From contig OZ253553.1 in the NCBI GenBank assembly GCA_965262715.1, positions 1,024,001 to 1,088,000 on the forward strand: a DNA stretch of 64,000 bases, written 5' to 3'. The notes beneath the pieces were generated by a model. The model saw only the letters and a list, made by a program, of their open reading frames with translations, ran no database searches and had not been told where the DNA came from. The DNA comes from Bdellovibrionales bacterium (GTDB lineage: Bacteria; Bdellovibrionota; Bdellovibrionia; Bdellovibrionales; JAUICD01). A program made the position numbers and the translations under genes. Shown here piece after piece: positions 46,401 to 56,042 of this stretch. Each line of letters begins with the position of its first letter. Position 1 is the first letter of the stretch.

Positions 46401-46735
46401 ATCAGGTTAATATCATAATAGTTGATAACATCTAAAAGTTTTTTGGTAATAGTTATCTATAGTAGTATTCATCATCCATTAAATCTAAATGTACATTTTT
46501 TTAATGCCAATAGAAAGTCTTTTTTATTACACCTTGTTTTTATAGTTAAAAGCTGTAAATATAAAAAATTCTAAGTTCTTAAGTCTAAAATTCATTAAAT
46601 TTTTGATCTTATCTTTTTATTAAAGAATATTTCTTAACAAAGGTTAAAAGTACAGACTATTTTGAAGTATGAGTTAAAATAGTCGTATTATATATATAAA
46701 AAGACTATCCCAAGACATATTTTTGGAGGCTTATT

Positions 46736-47890
46736 ATAAAACGCTTTATTGAAAAAAATATTATAAAAGACTTATCTAAAAAGATGGTATTTTTAGGTGG
46801 GCCCAGGCAAGTAGGTAAGACAACACTAGCTCAGATGATTTTAAAAAAGTTTCCTTATCGACGATCAAACAAAGGGCTTTATCTCAACTGGGATTTTGAT
46901 GAAGACAGGTATAATATTTTAAAAAAAAGATGGGACGAGGATCACCAGCTTATAGTTTTTGATGAACTTCATAAATACCCTCGCTGGAAAAATTGGATTA
47001 AGGGCTTATTTGATAAAACCTCTCATTTACATCAATTTCTTGTAACAGGTAGTGCGCGACTTGATCTTTATAAAAGGCATGGTGATTCCCTACTTGGACG
47101 TTATCATTATTGGAGACTCCATCCTATAACTTTAGATGAGCTGCCGGCAAAGATGAGTAAGGCAGAAGGATTTAAAAGATTGATGAGCGTAGGAGGCTTT
47201 CCAGAAGTTTTTTTAGATGGTGATGAACAAGAGGCCAAAAGGTGGAGAAGACAACGCTTAGATCGTATTTTAAAGGATGATATTAGAGATCTTGAATCTG
47301 TAAAGTTAATACAAGACTTAGACTTATTTGTAGATGCTCTTAGAAGGAAGGTTGGACAATTAGTTGTTTTTTCCAACATAGCTATAGACATTCAAGTTTC
47401 TTCTAAAACCTTAAAAAATTGGCTGAATGTTTTAAACCATGTTTACTTATGTTTCTCTATTTGGCCTTATACGAGGAATCTTCCAAGAGCTATACAAAAA
47501 CCACCTAAAGTGTATTTTTTTGATAATGCAGATGTAATATGTGCAGATGATGAAGTCTCTCGATTTGAAAATGTAGTGGCAACCCACTTATTAAAAAAAA
47601 TACACTATTTAGAAGACGCTAAAGGATCTAGTTGGGATTTAAGGTATGTCAGAGACAAAGAATTTCGTGAAGTGGATTTTGTTTTACTTAAAGATAGAAA
47701 AGTTTTTGCTCTTATAGAAGTCAAACTATCAGATAGTGATATTTCTAAATCTCTTAAATATTATGCTGAAAAGTTAAAGCCTAAACATGCTATTCAAATT
47801 GTTGCCAATCTTAAACAGGAATACAAAGTAGGTAAATGCCGAGTTTTAACTATTCAAACAGCCCTACAAACTTTATTTAAAAATGTATAA
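46736..47890 (+). CDS. AAA_14 + DUF4143 ATP-binding protein (probable ATA start at 46736)
   Basis: GPRQVGKT, FDELHK, VTGSA, DSLLGR, GGFPE, EVDF..IEVK; GGAGG 6 nt before in-frame ATA AAA CGC. Confidence 0.88.
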   Translation: MKRFIEKNIIKDLSKKMVFLGGPRQVGKTTLAQMILKKFPYRRSNKGLYLNWDFDEDRYNILKKRWDEDHQLIVFDELHKYPRWKNWIKGLFDKTSHLHQFLVTGSARLDLYKRHGDSLLGRYHYWRLHPITLDELPAKMSKAEGFKRLMSVGGFPEVFLDGDEQEAKRWRRQRLDRILKDDIRDLESVKLIQDLDLFVDALRRKVGQLVVFSNIAIDIQVSSKTLKNWLNVLNHVYLCFSIWPYTRNLPRAIQKPPKVYFFDNADVICADDEVSRFENVVATHLLKKIHYLEDAKGSSWDLRYVRDKEFREVDFVLLKDRKVFALIEVKLSDSDISKSLKYYAEKLKPKHAIQIVANLKQEYKVGKCRVLTIQTALQTLFKNV

Positions 47891-47982
47891 AATACATCTA
47901 ATGTCTATCAAAAATATTAAAAAATCTTTTATCTAAAAATACTGTTGATATCTAGATATAATATAGATATTATATATAATAT

Positions 47983-48267
47983 ATGATTTCTTTTGAGTGG
48001 GATGAAGATAAAAATCGACAAAATAGAAAAAAGCACAGGATATGGTTTGAGGAAGCATAAACAGTTTTTACAGATGATTATGCCAGAGTTTTCTATGATG
48101 AAAAACATTCTGAGAAGAAAGATAGATTTCTTATTATTGGTAAAAGCTGTTTTGAGAAAATACTGATTGTGATTCACTGTTATCATAAAGAGGGACAATT
48201 TGTACGATTAATTTCAGCAAGAAAAGCTACATTAAAAGAAAGAAAGTTTTATGAAGAAAGAATATAA
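47983..48267 (+). pseudogene. brnT: BrnT toxin with one nonsense codon
   Basis: MISFEWDEDKNRQNRKKHRIWFEEA*TVF...RLISARKATLKER; TAA at 48058-48060. Confidence 0.88.
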
Positions 48268-48469
48268 TTTAAAAAAAATGAAAGAAATTCCTAATCCTTA
48301 TAAGGGAAAAATAAAGAAAAATATTGGGATCAATCTTAGCCTTGAAGTTATCGATTATTTTAAGGAGATGAGTAGAAAAAGTGATATTCCTTATCAAAAA
48401 CTGATTGATATATACCTTAAAGATTGTGTAAAGAAGAAAAGAAAACTTCATCTACAATGGACATCTTAA
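48251..48469 (+). CDS. brnA: BrnA antitoxin
   Basis: MKKEY...NPY...INLS.EVIDYFK...IPYQKLI..YL.DC. Confidence 0.85.
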   Translation: MKKEYNLKKMKEIPNPYKGKIKKNIGINLSLEVIDYFKEMSRKSDIPYQKLIDIYLKDCVKKKRKLHLQWTS

Positions 48470-48483
48470 GACTATAGTTTTGT

Positions 48484-49285
48484 TTACGGCATTTGCTGTT
48501 CCTTACAAAACTGTATAAAAGGTAATACGGTTATGGAGCCTTTAGAAAAAGCAACCTTTCCTTTATGAACTTGATACCAATAGGGTATGTTTGTACGTTC
48601 TTTAAAATATTCTATTGCTTTTGAAAATGTTAAATCCAAATATAAAATCTTCTAAATCTCTATCTAGTTTTGGCATTAGATTGTTTTCTTTATCCATATC
48701 TTTACTCCTACTCATTTTAGATAGTTTAAAAACATATGCTTTCCTTTAAAAACTTATTATATTCATTTTCTGCAGGCAAATTTGATGATGACTTTATAAA
48801 AGCACTTAGGTTTGTATAAGGTAATTTTCCATATTGATCTATACTTAAAATATGAGCAAAGGCATGTATGATAAGGTATTGACTGTTTGTATCATTATAA
48901 ATCTTTTGAAGATCTTCTGTTAAATTATTTATAATATTTTTTATATTATTTTGTTTATTTTCAACGGCAAAGCTTCTGTTTATCTGTGCTGATTCTAATT
49001 CAATGCCATGAATTTTAATTACTTTCTTAAATCTATCAACAAGATATCCTAACCTCGTTTGTTGTACTGAACACATAGTATTATCACTTAAGTTATCACC
49101 AACTTGTTTAGTAACTAAAACAAGTAAGATTGTAGGAATAGCAATAAAGATATTAAGATTAATCTTTTTTAGAAATTCAATTTTTTTTTAGGAAAAATAA
49201 AAACCTTAAAAACAAGAATGAAACCAATAAAAATAAGTAAAATATAGGAAATGTACTCAGGCATATGTTCTAAAAAATCAGTCAT
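48484..49285 (-). pseudogene. frameshifted hypothetical membrane-anchored protein
   Basis: ATG at 49285 with two hydrophobic segments; an A9 tract (49181-49189) shifts it out of frame with the 48726-49076 ORF; further fragments reach 48484. Confidence 0.5.
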
Positions 49286-49405
49286 AATATCTTAAGTTTT
49301 AGTTAAAAGTATTTCTCAATATCTACATGATAATAAACAAGAATATAATTATTAATTGTTATAGTTCGATTGTTTATTGACTATTCTGTAAGCAAGATGA
49401 ATGAT

Positions 49406-49430
49406 TGAGGTGTACCCTTTATTTTTCGGA
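49406..49430. mobile_element. solo IS3 terminal repeat
   Basis: TGAGGTGTACCCTTTATTT identical to the IS3 ends at 22779 and 56043. Confidence 0.75.
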
Positions 49431-49565
49431 TGATATCTAAAAAACTTAAGTGCTTTGTTCTCAATACTATTAAGGATTTGAGAATATTGTTTTAGTTTAA
49501 ATCGCAATAAAATGAAACATCTTCTAAGTTTTTACATTAAAATAATACAATATGCTATATAAAAA

Positions 49566-50936
49566 CTATTGAAAGGATAGTGATTTCATAAGATAAAGAG
49601 TTCTATAGGACTTCTTGGTTTGTTTTTGTTCAATAATTGTGAAAAATTGACTAAATATTTTTTCGAAGTTCTCTTTCGAGTAAAAATCAAATAAGGTTTT
49701 ATTATCTCTCATATTATTTAAAAGCTTTTGCAGGCGATCATCCCCTCTATCAACAAACTCAATAATTAAGTATTTGGAAAAACTGGCAAACATTTTAGCT
49801 GCCTTTTCATAAGGACAGTTGTTTGAAATACACAAATGATGTATAAATGCTAATACCAAAGAGCAATCTAAGTTCAGATTATGGATTCTTTCTAAAAATG
49901 ATGTTCTCTCCTGATTTTCAAAGCCAAAAGCAGGTGTAGGGTTTGTTATATCTAAAAGCACTGGCCAAATATTATCTTTATTTGTTTTTTGACTCTCTTT
50001 AAAACACTCATTCACACAAGCATAATCAATATCTGATGAAATAAGCATGTTTTTATTATTGGATATGTGTCTGCAAAGATGTCCATTATTTCCTACTAAA
50101 TCCCATATTTTTTTAAAATTATTGGATTCTACCCAATCTGATACTATATCAGACTTACTCTTAAAGTATTCACTTTCATAACCAGTATGATAATCTCCCC
50201 ATTCTGTTTGATAATTAGGACATCTTAATTTTTCTAGATAATCTTGCATATAGAGAAAAATATTCATCAAAGATTTTTTTGATAAATAGACTTCTTTTTT
50301 TGTTTTTTCAATACCATGATGTCTACTGATTTGTTTTGAGTGTATATGGATATTGGATTTTATAAAAGGTGAAAAATGAGTTTTAAGAGGAAGCAATTTA
50401 CTTGTAAAAGCTAATGGGATTCCATCAATAAAATTTATCAAAGTTTTATGAAATTCATAAGAGCAATACTTTATTAAAAGTAAGGGAGAAATAAAATGTC
50501 GACAAAACTGAGCAAAACCATACCAAGGCTTACCATCAACATATTTTTCAAAAGAAAGTGTATCTATAAATATAGGATTTGAACCTAAAAATTGAACATT
50601 ATAAGAAGATGCATCTTTTAAAATCATGCCATGTTCTAAAGATAGAATATTGATTTTGAGATGAAGAAGGGCAGCTTGTTTTAACGCTTCAAAAGACCAC
50701 TCAGAAGGATAAGTAATAAATGGGATAAATTCAGGTTTTATAATTATCTTTTCATCATCTCTGGTCAGTAATTCATGAGGTATTAATAACTTTTGATCTG
50801 CTAATTCTTTGTATAAACTTGATTTTTCAAGCTTGTCAAAGTGAGGAAAATATATAGGATTGATAAAACGGCAAAGACCATTTTTGTCAGTAAAAATATA
50901 CCCATTGGGATCTCTAAATGATGCGGGGTATTTCAT
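49566..50936 (-). CDS. NoeA-like protein: kinase-like N-terminal domain plus SAM methyltransferase
   Basis: SFRDP.G, YPSEWSF, LKDASSYNVQF, FIDTLSF, WDLVGNNG, LAFIHHL, IIEFV. Confidence 0.75.
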   Translation of the reverse strand: MKYPASFRDPNGYIFTDKNGLCRFINPIYFPHFDKLEKSSLYKELADQKLLIPHELLTRDDEKIIIKPEFIPFITYPSEWSFEALKQAALLHLKINILSLEHGMILKDASSYNVQFLGSNPIFIDTLSFEKYVDGKPWYGFAQFCRHFISPLLLIKYCSYEFHKTLINFIDGIPLAFTSKLLPLKTHFSPFIKSNIHIHSKQISRHHGIEKTKKEVYLSKKSLMNIFLYMQDYLEKLRCPNYQTEWGDYHTGYESEYFKSKSDIVSDWVESNNFKKIWDLVGNNGHLCRHISNNKNMLISSDIDYACVNECFKESQKTNKDNIWPVLLDITNPTPAFGFENQERTSFLERIHNLNLDCSLVLAFIHHLCISNNCPYEKAAKMFASFSKYLIIEFVDRGDDRLQKLLNNMRDNKTLFDFYSKENFEKIFSQFFTIIEQKQTKKSYRTLYLMKSLSFQ

Positions 50937-50937
50937 T

Positions 50938-51100
50938 TTATTTTGCCACAGTTTGTTTTATAGATTTTTTAAGAATTTTACCATCACTAATACTCTTTTT
51001 AACAGGTCCATCTTCTGTTTCCAAGTAAAAAACATCATCAGGTGATTTATTTTCTAGTATTTCTGTATTTTCAGTCAGATAAGTAAAGATATATCAAAAT
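50938..51100 (-). pseudogene. C-terminal remnant of sulfatase-like gene (copy A)
   Basis: IFTYLTENTEILENKSPDDVFYLETEDGPVKKSISDGK, paralogous to the end of the 55391 ORF. Confidence 0.75.
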
Positions 51101-51396
51101 AAGAAGGCATGGCATATCTTGTTGGTTGAACATTTGTATAGAAGGAATTATAAACATAAAATCCCCTTTAAAATAACTCATCTAAAAAAGGAAGTGATAT
51201 TTGTTTTTTCTGGTGCAGAATACCTTTCTCCTAATATCTCTAACCCTTTTGGACTAGTGTAACTATCAAAAAGCAAAAAATACACATTTTGTCTCTTTTT
51301 AAAAATCTATTTTGAATCTATTTTATCAGTATATGATTGTACTTTTGATGTGTAATTTAAATTAGCAAATAAAGCATTTATAGTTTTATAAAGAGG

Positions 51397-52803
51397 GAGG
51401 ATGTCCCACGTTTCGGTGAAATTGAAGTTAAGCAGAGCTTGATGTTTTGCTACGCCTGTTTCTATTGTTAGTCAATAGGTTTAAATTTTCTTCCATTGTA
51501 TTTAAATCTTTATACCCTTTAATAGCTCTAAACTTTTTTTCAGCTTCAACTAAAGAAGCAGCAGCCCATCTCATAACCTGATCTGGAGAACTTCTCCAGT
51601 TCTTAACCCTGCTGACTTTATCTCTTACAATAGAAAAGGCAGACTCAATAGGATTTGTAGAAGATAAGGTTCTCCTTAGCAGTGGAGATACCTTCAACTT
51701 GATAACTGTCAGTGTCTCCTCCTTTGCTTCCTTAAGTGAAGCCAATGCTGCATAATTAATCCTGCTTAACCAACTCAGTAACTTATTGTATTCTCTCTGA
51801 GAAGAATCATAATCATTAAAACCATGCACCATCTTCCAGCGACGCTTAAACTCTAAATGACGTTCCTGAGGTAAATAACTTAAAACATTCCTCTCCTTGT
51901 GGTGAATACAGCGTTGAACTACTGCTCTCTTACCAAAAACTCTATTAATAGCTGTCCTTAAAGATCTGCTACCATCAATTACAAAAAGGTAAGGCTTATC
52001 TGAACGAAGACCTCTTGCTATTAAACTCTCTAATAAGTCCTTGCAAACTTCCCAGTTCTCTGTATGACCCTCTCTAAGACCCAGAACTAACTTCTTACCT
52101 TCAACTGTGATGCCAAGAGCTACAACCACTGTCCTTGAACCAAAAACAACACCATCAATCATAATTGATGAAAACTTATCCTTACTCAGATCACGACCAT
52201 TTAAAGATTCAAGAAACTTCCTAGATGACTTATTAAAGACTCTGCTCACTGTACTCTTAGAAAGACCCGTCCCTCCTACAATATCATCAAGAAGTTCATT
52301 GTAATTACGACAAGATACCCCTCTCATAGCATGACTCAAAACTTTATCACAAAGTATGTCATACTTTTGAAGCACTGAATAAGACCGCAGCTTAATATCA
52401 GAACCTCCCTTCTCCTTCACCCTAGGCTTCCTCACCTGAAGCCTTTGACCTTGTGCAAGAACACTCCCAGAATCACTACCCGCTCTGTAATATCTTGTAT
52501 CACGACCACGAACATGACGCTTACCACACAGTGATAATAACTCATCCTCAAAGAAATCATGGATCATATTAATAACCATTGATCTCATGCGATGCTCTAG
52601 GATCTCTCGAATCTCATTTGACTCAGATGATAAAACTTGAATTGAATAACCATTCTTACTACTCTTCATAATAGCTCCTTTCTGTTATCTATTTCCTGAT
52701 AAAATAAAAACAGTAAACAACGGCTAGACCACTTAGGATAGCCGGGAGCTCTACTTTCTTCTAATTCCTATAAGAAAATTTCACCGATCTATGGGACAAC
52801 CTC
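51397..52803 (-). mobile_element. IS256-family insertion sequence (1407 bp)
   Basis: IRs GAGGATGTCCCACGTTTCGGTGAAATT / AATTTCACCGATCTATGGGACAACCTC; 8-bp TSD TAAAGAGG. Confidence 0.95.
51428..52669 (-). CDS. IS256-family transposase
   Basis: MIDGV, VIDGS..L, QRCIHHKERNV, STNPIES. Confidence 0.93.
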   Translation of the reverse strand: MKSSKNGYSIQVLSSESNEIREILEHRMRSMVINMIHDFFEDELLSLCGKRHVRGRDTRYYRAGSDSGSVLAQGQRLQVRKPRVKEKGGSDIKLRSYSVLQKYDILCDKVLSHAMRGVSCRNYNELLDDIVGGTGLSKSTVSRVFNKSSRKFLESLNGRDLSKDKFSSIMIDGVVFGSRTVVVALGITVEGKKLVLGLREGHTENWEVCKDLLESLIARGLRSDKPYLFVIDGSRSLRTAINRVFGKRAVVQRCIHHKERNVLSYLPQERHLEFKRRWKMVHGFNDYDSSQREYNKLLSWLSRINYAALASLKEAKEETLTVIKLKVSPLLRRTLSSTNPIESAFSIVRDKVSRVKNWRSSPDQVMRWAAASLVEAEKKFRAIKGYKDLNTMEENLNLLTNNRNRRSKTSSSA

Positions 52804-53070
52804 TAAAGAGGAACAGCCCCTAGTTAAGCCTTCTTTTTCCGGGATATGGCAATCCAGCATACTGTACCTAAAATCATGAAATCTGGCATCAATAATTTGA
52901 AGTTTTGTATCTAAAATTTTTTTTTGATCAATGCGATGTTAATATCTAAGTTTAGTAGTTTATTTTGTAGGTTTACATCTGAAATTTATATTAGTTAATA
53001 TACAGATACTAGATGTGTTTCAACTTAAGTTTTTACTTGATCATTCTATAAATCGAAAGAGTTTCAGTGA

Positions 53071-55260
53071 ATGAAATGTGCTTTTTTACTTTTTAAAGTC
53101 AAACAGTTTCTTGAAATAAACTGGATAAGTTGGGTTATTCAAGAACGTATTTTAAAAAGACTGTGCCTTTTCTCTGTTTTTTATTTTGGATGTTTTTGGT
53201 TTATCCCTTATATCTTTAAACAATCTCCTGCAGTCAATGGAGATACACACTTTTTAACACTCTATTTTTTAAAAGATATTGGATTTCCTTCTTTTCATTT
53301 GCAATTATGGAATCCTACGGTTTCCGGCGGTGAGTTTCTTTTAGTTCATTATTTTCCATTTCCCTTTCTTGTTATGGGGGTTATGAGCTTTTTTATGAGC
53401 CTTGGGATGGCCTATAATGTAGGTATGATTTTACCTATCCTTGCCCTTCCTTTTTGTATCTATTTTTGTGTAAAAAAGATGAATTTAAAATCTCCAGCAC
53501 CCTTAATCGCCTCGGTATTTGTTCTGCCGTGTTTGTATTTAGAATCATTTACTCAAATGGGAGTTAATGCAGTTGGATCTGTTCACGGACAGTTTGCACA
53601 TACTTATGCAATATGTACTCTCTTCTTAGGACTTGGGTTTTTATATGAAGGTTTGAATCAAAACAAAATATCTTTTATAGCTATTTGTTGTTTTGTTGCT
53701 ACAGCTTTATCCCATGCTTATGTTTTTGTTATTATTCCTTTTTTCTTTCTCTCTGTATTATTACTTGCTGAAAATAAGACTCAATTTAAATCTTGGTTAA
53801 AAATATTAATCTTCACAGGTATTTATACAATACTTCTTTCTGCTTGGTTCTTGTGGCCAATGATTGAGTCTCGTCAGTGGAATACTCCAAGAATGGGTTA
53901 TGCAGGATATCATTCTTTGATTCATATTTTTTCTCCTATTTTATATCCTATTTATTTTCTTTTTGTTATATGCCTTTTCTTCGTTTGTATGAGTTTTATC
54001 TATCGAATTATCAAAGAAAAAATATATAAGACTCCTTTTACAAAACACGCCTCACGCTTGTCATCCATAAGCCTTTGGAGATTAATGTCTTTTTACATTA
54101 TACCGGCCTTAGCTTATCTCGGATTGTTTTTTATTTTTCCAAAAATAGGGCTTACAGATTATCGAGCGATTCCTCAAATATTGCTTTTTACAATCATAGC
54201 TTTAAGCCTTTTTATTTCCTTTACTTTTAGAAAATATTTTGCAAATGCTGCATTTTATGTATTTCTTGTACTACCATTACCTATCATAATGACATGGACA
54301 TTTTTCCATATAAAATCATTACCTCAAGCAGTAAGAAACACTTACACAAACTGGGAACAAGAATATAGGCCAGGTCATTTAGGACGTTTAATTAGGTACA
54401 ATGTACCAAGAGGGTTATCTAAACCACGTATACTGTGTTTAACTCACCTCTGTTCATTGTTACCCTACTTAAATCACAGATCAACGCTGCCAAGTACTTA
54501 TTTTGAATCTACTCTTCTCTCACCTGAAGTAAGGTACTTAAATGACTATGATTGGGTTGCTCGTGAGTCTTGTCAAGTTTTTAGCTTCTATCCCTATATA
54601 TGTCCATCAAATAAGTTGGGATCATTAGAAGCAAAGCTAAAATTAATGGGAGTAGAAAGCATAATTATCAACAAAACACAAAAATCAGAAATGTCTAAAA
54701 CATCAAACCTTGTCAAAATACGCGAATATAATATATGGACATTATATCGTTTTAAAAATCCACCTAGATTGGCAGATCCTATTTACGGTACTGCTGATAT
54801 TAAGCCAAAAACTAAAGATTTTCGATATATAATGAATTTATGGTTTGATAAATACAAAGGAGAAAATTATTGGCAAATTATTGATTTAGATCAACCTTCT
54901 GTGACAAGTTTTAAAAAGGCTATTGAGAATAATAAACAGAAAGATTGTGATATTGATATTCAAGTGGATTTTTTTGGACTTGATTTCAGTACAAGTTGTA
55001 TTGGTGACCCACATATTTTAAAATTTGCTTATCACTCTGCAATAGAAACCTCTACTAAAGATCCTATTTATTTGATGTCTCCAGGAATGATTGGCTTTGT
55101 GCCTTCTCAAGAAAAGATAAGATTTAATTTTGGGCAAACATTAACATGGAAGTTGGCCAATATGATCTCTATTACAACTGCCTTACTTATGCTACTTTTA
55201 GCAACCTTTTTAAGAAAAAAGAGCATGTCTCTTATTTTGGCAAAATTAAAAAGAACCTGA
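53071..55260 (+). CDS. PTPS-related/YfhO-like polytopic membrane protein (GT-C-like), paralog of 43893-46400
   Basis: NGDTH, WNPTVSGGEFLLVHYFPFP, LSAWFLWP, PHILKFAYH, PIYLMSPGMIG shared with paralog. Confidence 0.7.
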   Translation: MKCAFLLFKVKQFLEINWISWVIQERILKRLCLFSVFYFGCFWFIPYIFKQSPAVNGDTHFLTLYFLKDIGFPSFHLQLWNPTVSGGEFLLVHYFPFPFLVMGVMSFFMSLGMAYNVGMILPILALPFCIYFCVKKMNLKSPAPLIASVFVLPCLYLESFTQMGVNAVGSVHGQFAHTYAICTLFLGLGFLYEGLNQNKISFIAICCFVATALSHAYVFVIIPFFFLSVLLLAENKTQFKSWLKILIFTGIYTILLSAWFLWPMIESRQWNTPRMGYAGYHSLIHIFSPILYPIYFLFVICLFFVCMSFIYRIIKEKIYKTPFTKHASRLSSISLWRLMSFYIIPALAYLGLFFIFPKIGLTDYRAIPQILLFTIIALSLFISFTFRKYFANAAFYVFLVLPLPIIMTWTFFHIKSLPQAVRNTYTNWEQEYRPGHLGRLIRYNVPRGLSKPRILCLTHLCSLLPYLNHRSTLPSTYFESTLLSPEVRYLNDYDWVARESCQVFSFYPYICPSNKLGSLEAKLKLMGVESIIINKTQKSEMSKTSNLVKIREYNIWTLYRFKNPPRLADPIYGTADIKPKTKDFRYIMNLWFDKYKGENYWQIIDLDQPSVTSFKKAIENNKQKDCDIDIQVDFFGLDFSTSCIGDPHILKFAYHSAIETSTKDPIYLMSPGMIGFVPSQEKIRFNFGQTLTWKLANMISITTALLMLLLATFLRKKSMSLILAKLKRT

Positions 55261-55374
55261 TTTTTTGAATATATCAAAGTGAGAGAAATATATAGGATTG
55301 ATAAGGCGGCAAAGACCATTTTTATCAGTAAAAATATATCCATTAGGATCTCTAAACGATGCAGGATGTTTCAT
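55246..55374 (-). pseudogene. N-terminal remnant of NoeA-like gene (copy B)
   Basis: MKHPASFRDPNGYIFTDKNGLCRLINPIYF then truncated. Confidence 0.8.
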
Positions 55375-55390
55375 TTTATTTTACCACAGC

Positions 55391-55827
55391 TTATTTCACA
55401 GATTTTTTAAGAATTTTACCATCACTAATACTTTTTTTAACAGGTCCATTCTCTGTCTCCAAGTAAAAAGCATCATCAGGAGGCTTATTATCTAATACTT
55501 CTTCATTTTCAGTCAGATATGCAAAGATATAACGAAATAGATTCACTGAGCTTTTTATCTCATTTATTTTAAATTTAGATTGATCTGAATCTTCTTTAGG
55601 TTTTCCTAAATGAATAGCTAAAAAAGCATGTTGTCTTTCAATCACTTCTTCCTTTGTGTTTAAAGGATATACTAAGGAACATGAATTAAATATTAAAGGA
55701 CCATGATCAGAAGCTAAAATCATAATTGCATTTGGATCAACACTCCTTATACTATCAACTAAGATAAGTATATCCCTATTTGTGTTATGAACCCTTGTGA
55801 TGTGTTCTAAAAGTTCCATCTCTTTAT
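55391..55827 (-). pseudogene. C-terminal fragment of sulfatase/alkaline-phosphatase-fold protein (copy B)
   Basis: DPNAIMILASDHGP, SSVNLFRYIF; cut upstream by an IS5 end. Confidence 0.7.
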
Positions 55828-56042
55828 GGCCTTGTTGCACAAAGATTTAAATAGTTTTTATTTTATTTATTTTTTAAGTAAGATTGTTATTTAATATTTT
55901 TTTATCAAGCTGAAAGAGAAGAAGGCACAATCATCTGATTAAGGATTTTACATTTAATAAACACTTCATTTGCTTGACGATGAAATTCTCTAGAAGATAA
56001 TTTATCTCCTAATAAAGTTTTAAATCTATACATAGCTGTTTC
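55828..56042 (-). mobile_element. IS5-family (IS903 group) right-end remnant
   Basis: IR GGCCTTGTTGCACAAA; transposase tail ETAMYRFKTLLGDKLSSREFHRQANEVFIKCKILNQM...* (55905-56042). Confidence 0.8.

Noticed and set aside
55828..55840. Start of the 149-aa ORF (MQQGH)
   Set aside because: Derived from the IS903-like inverted repeat, not a genuine start
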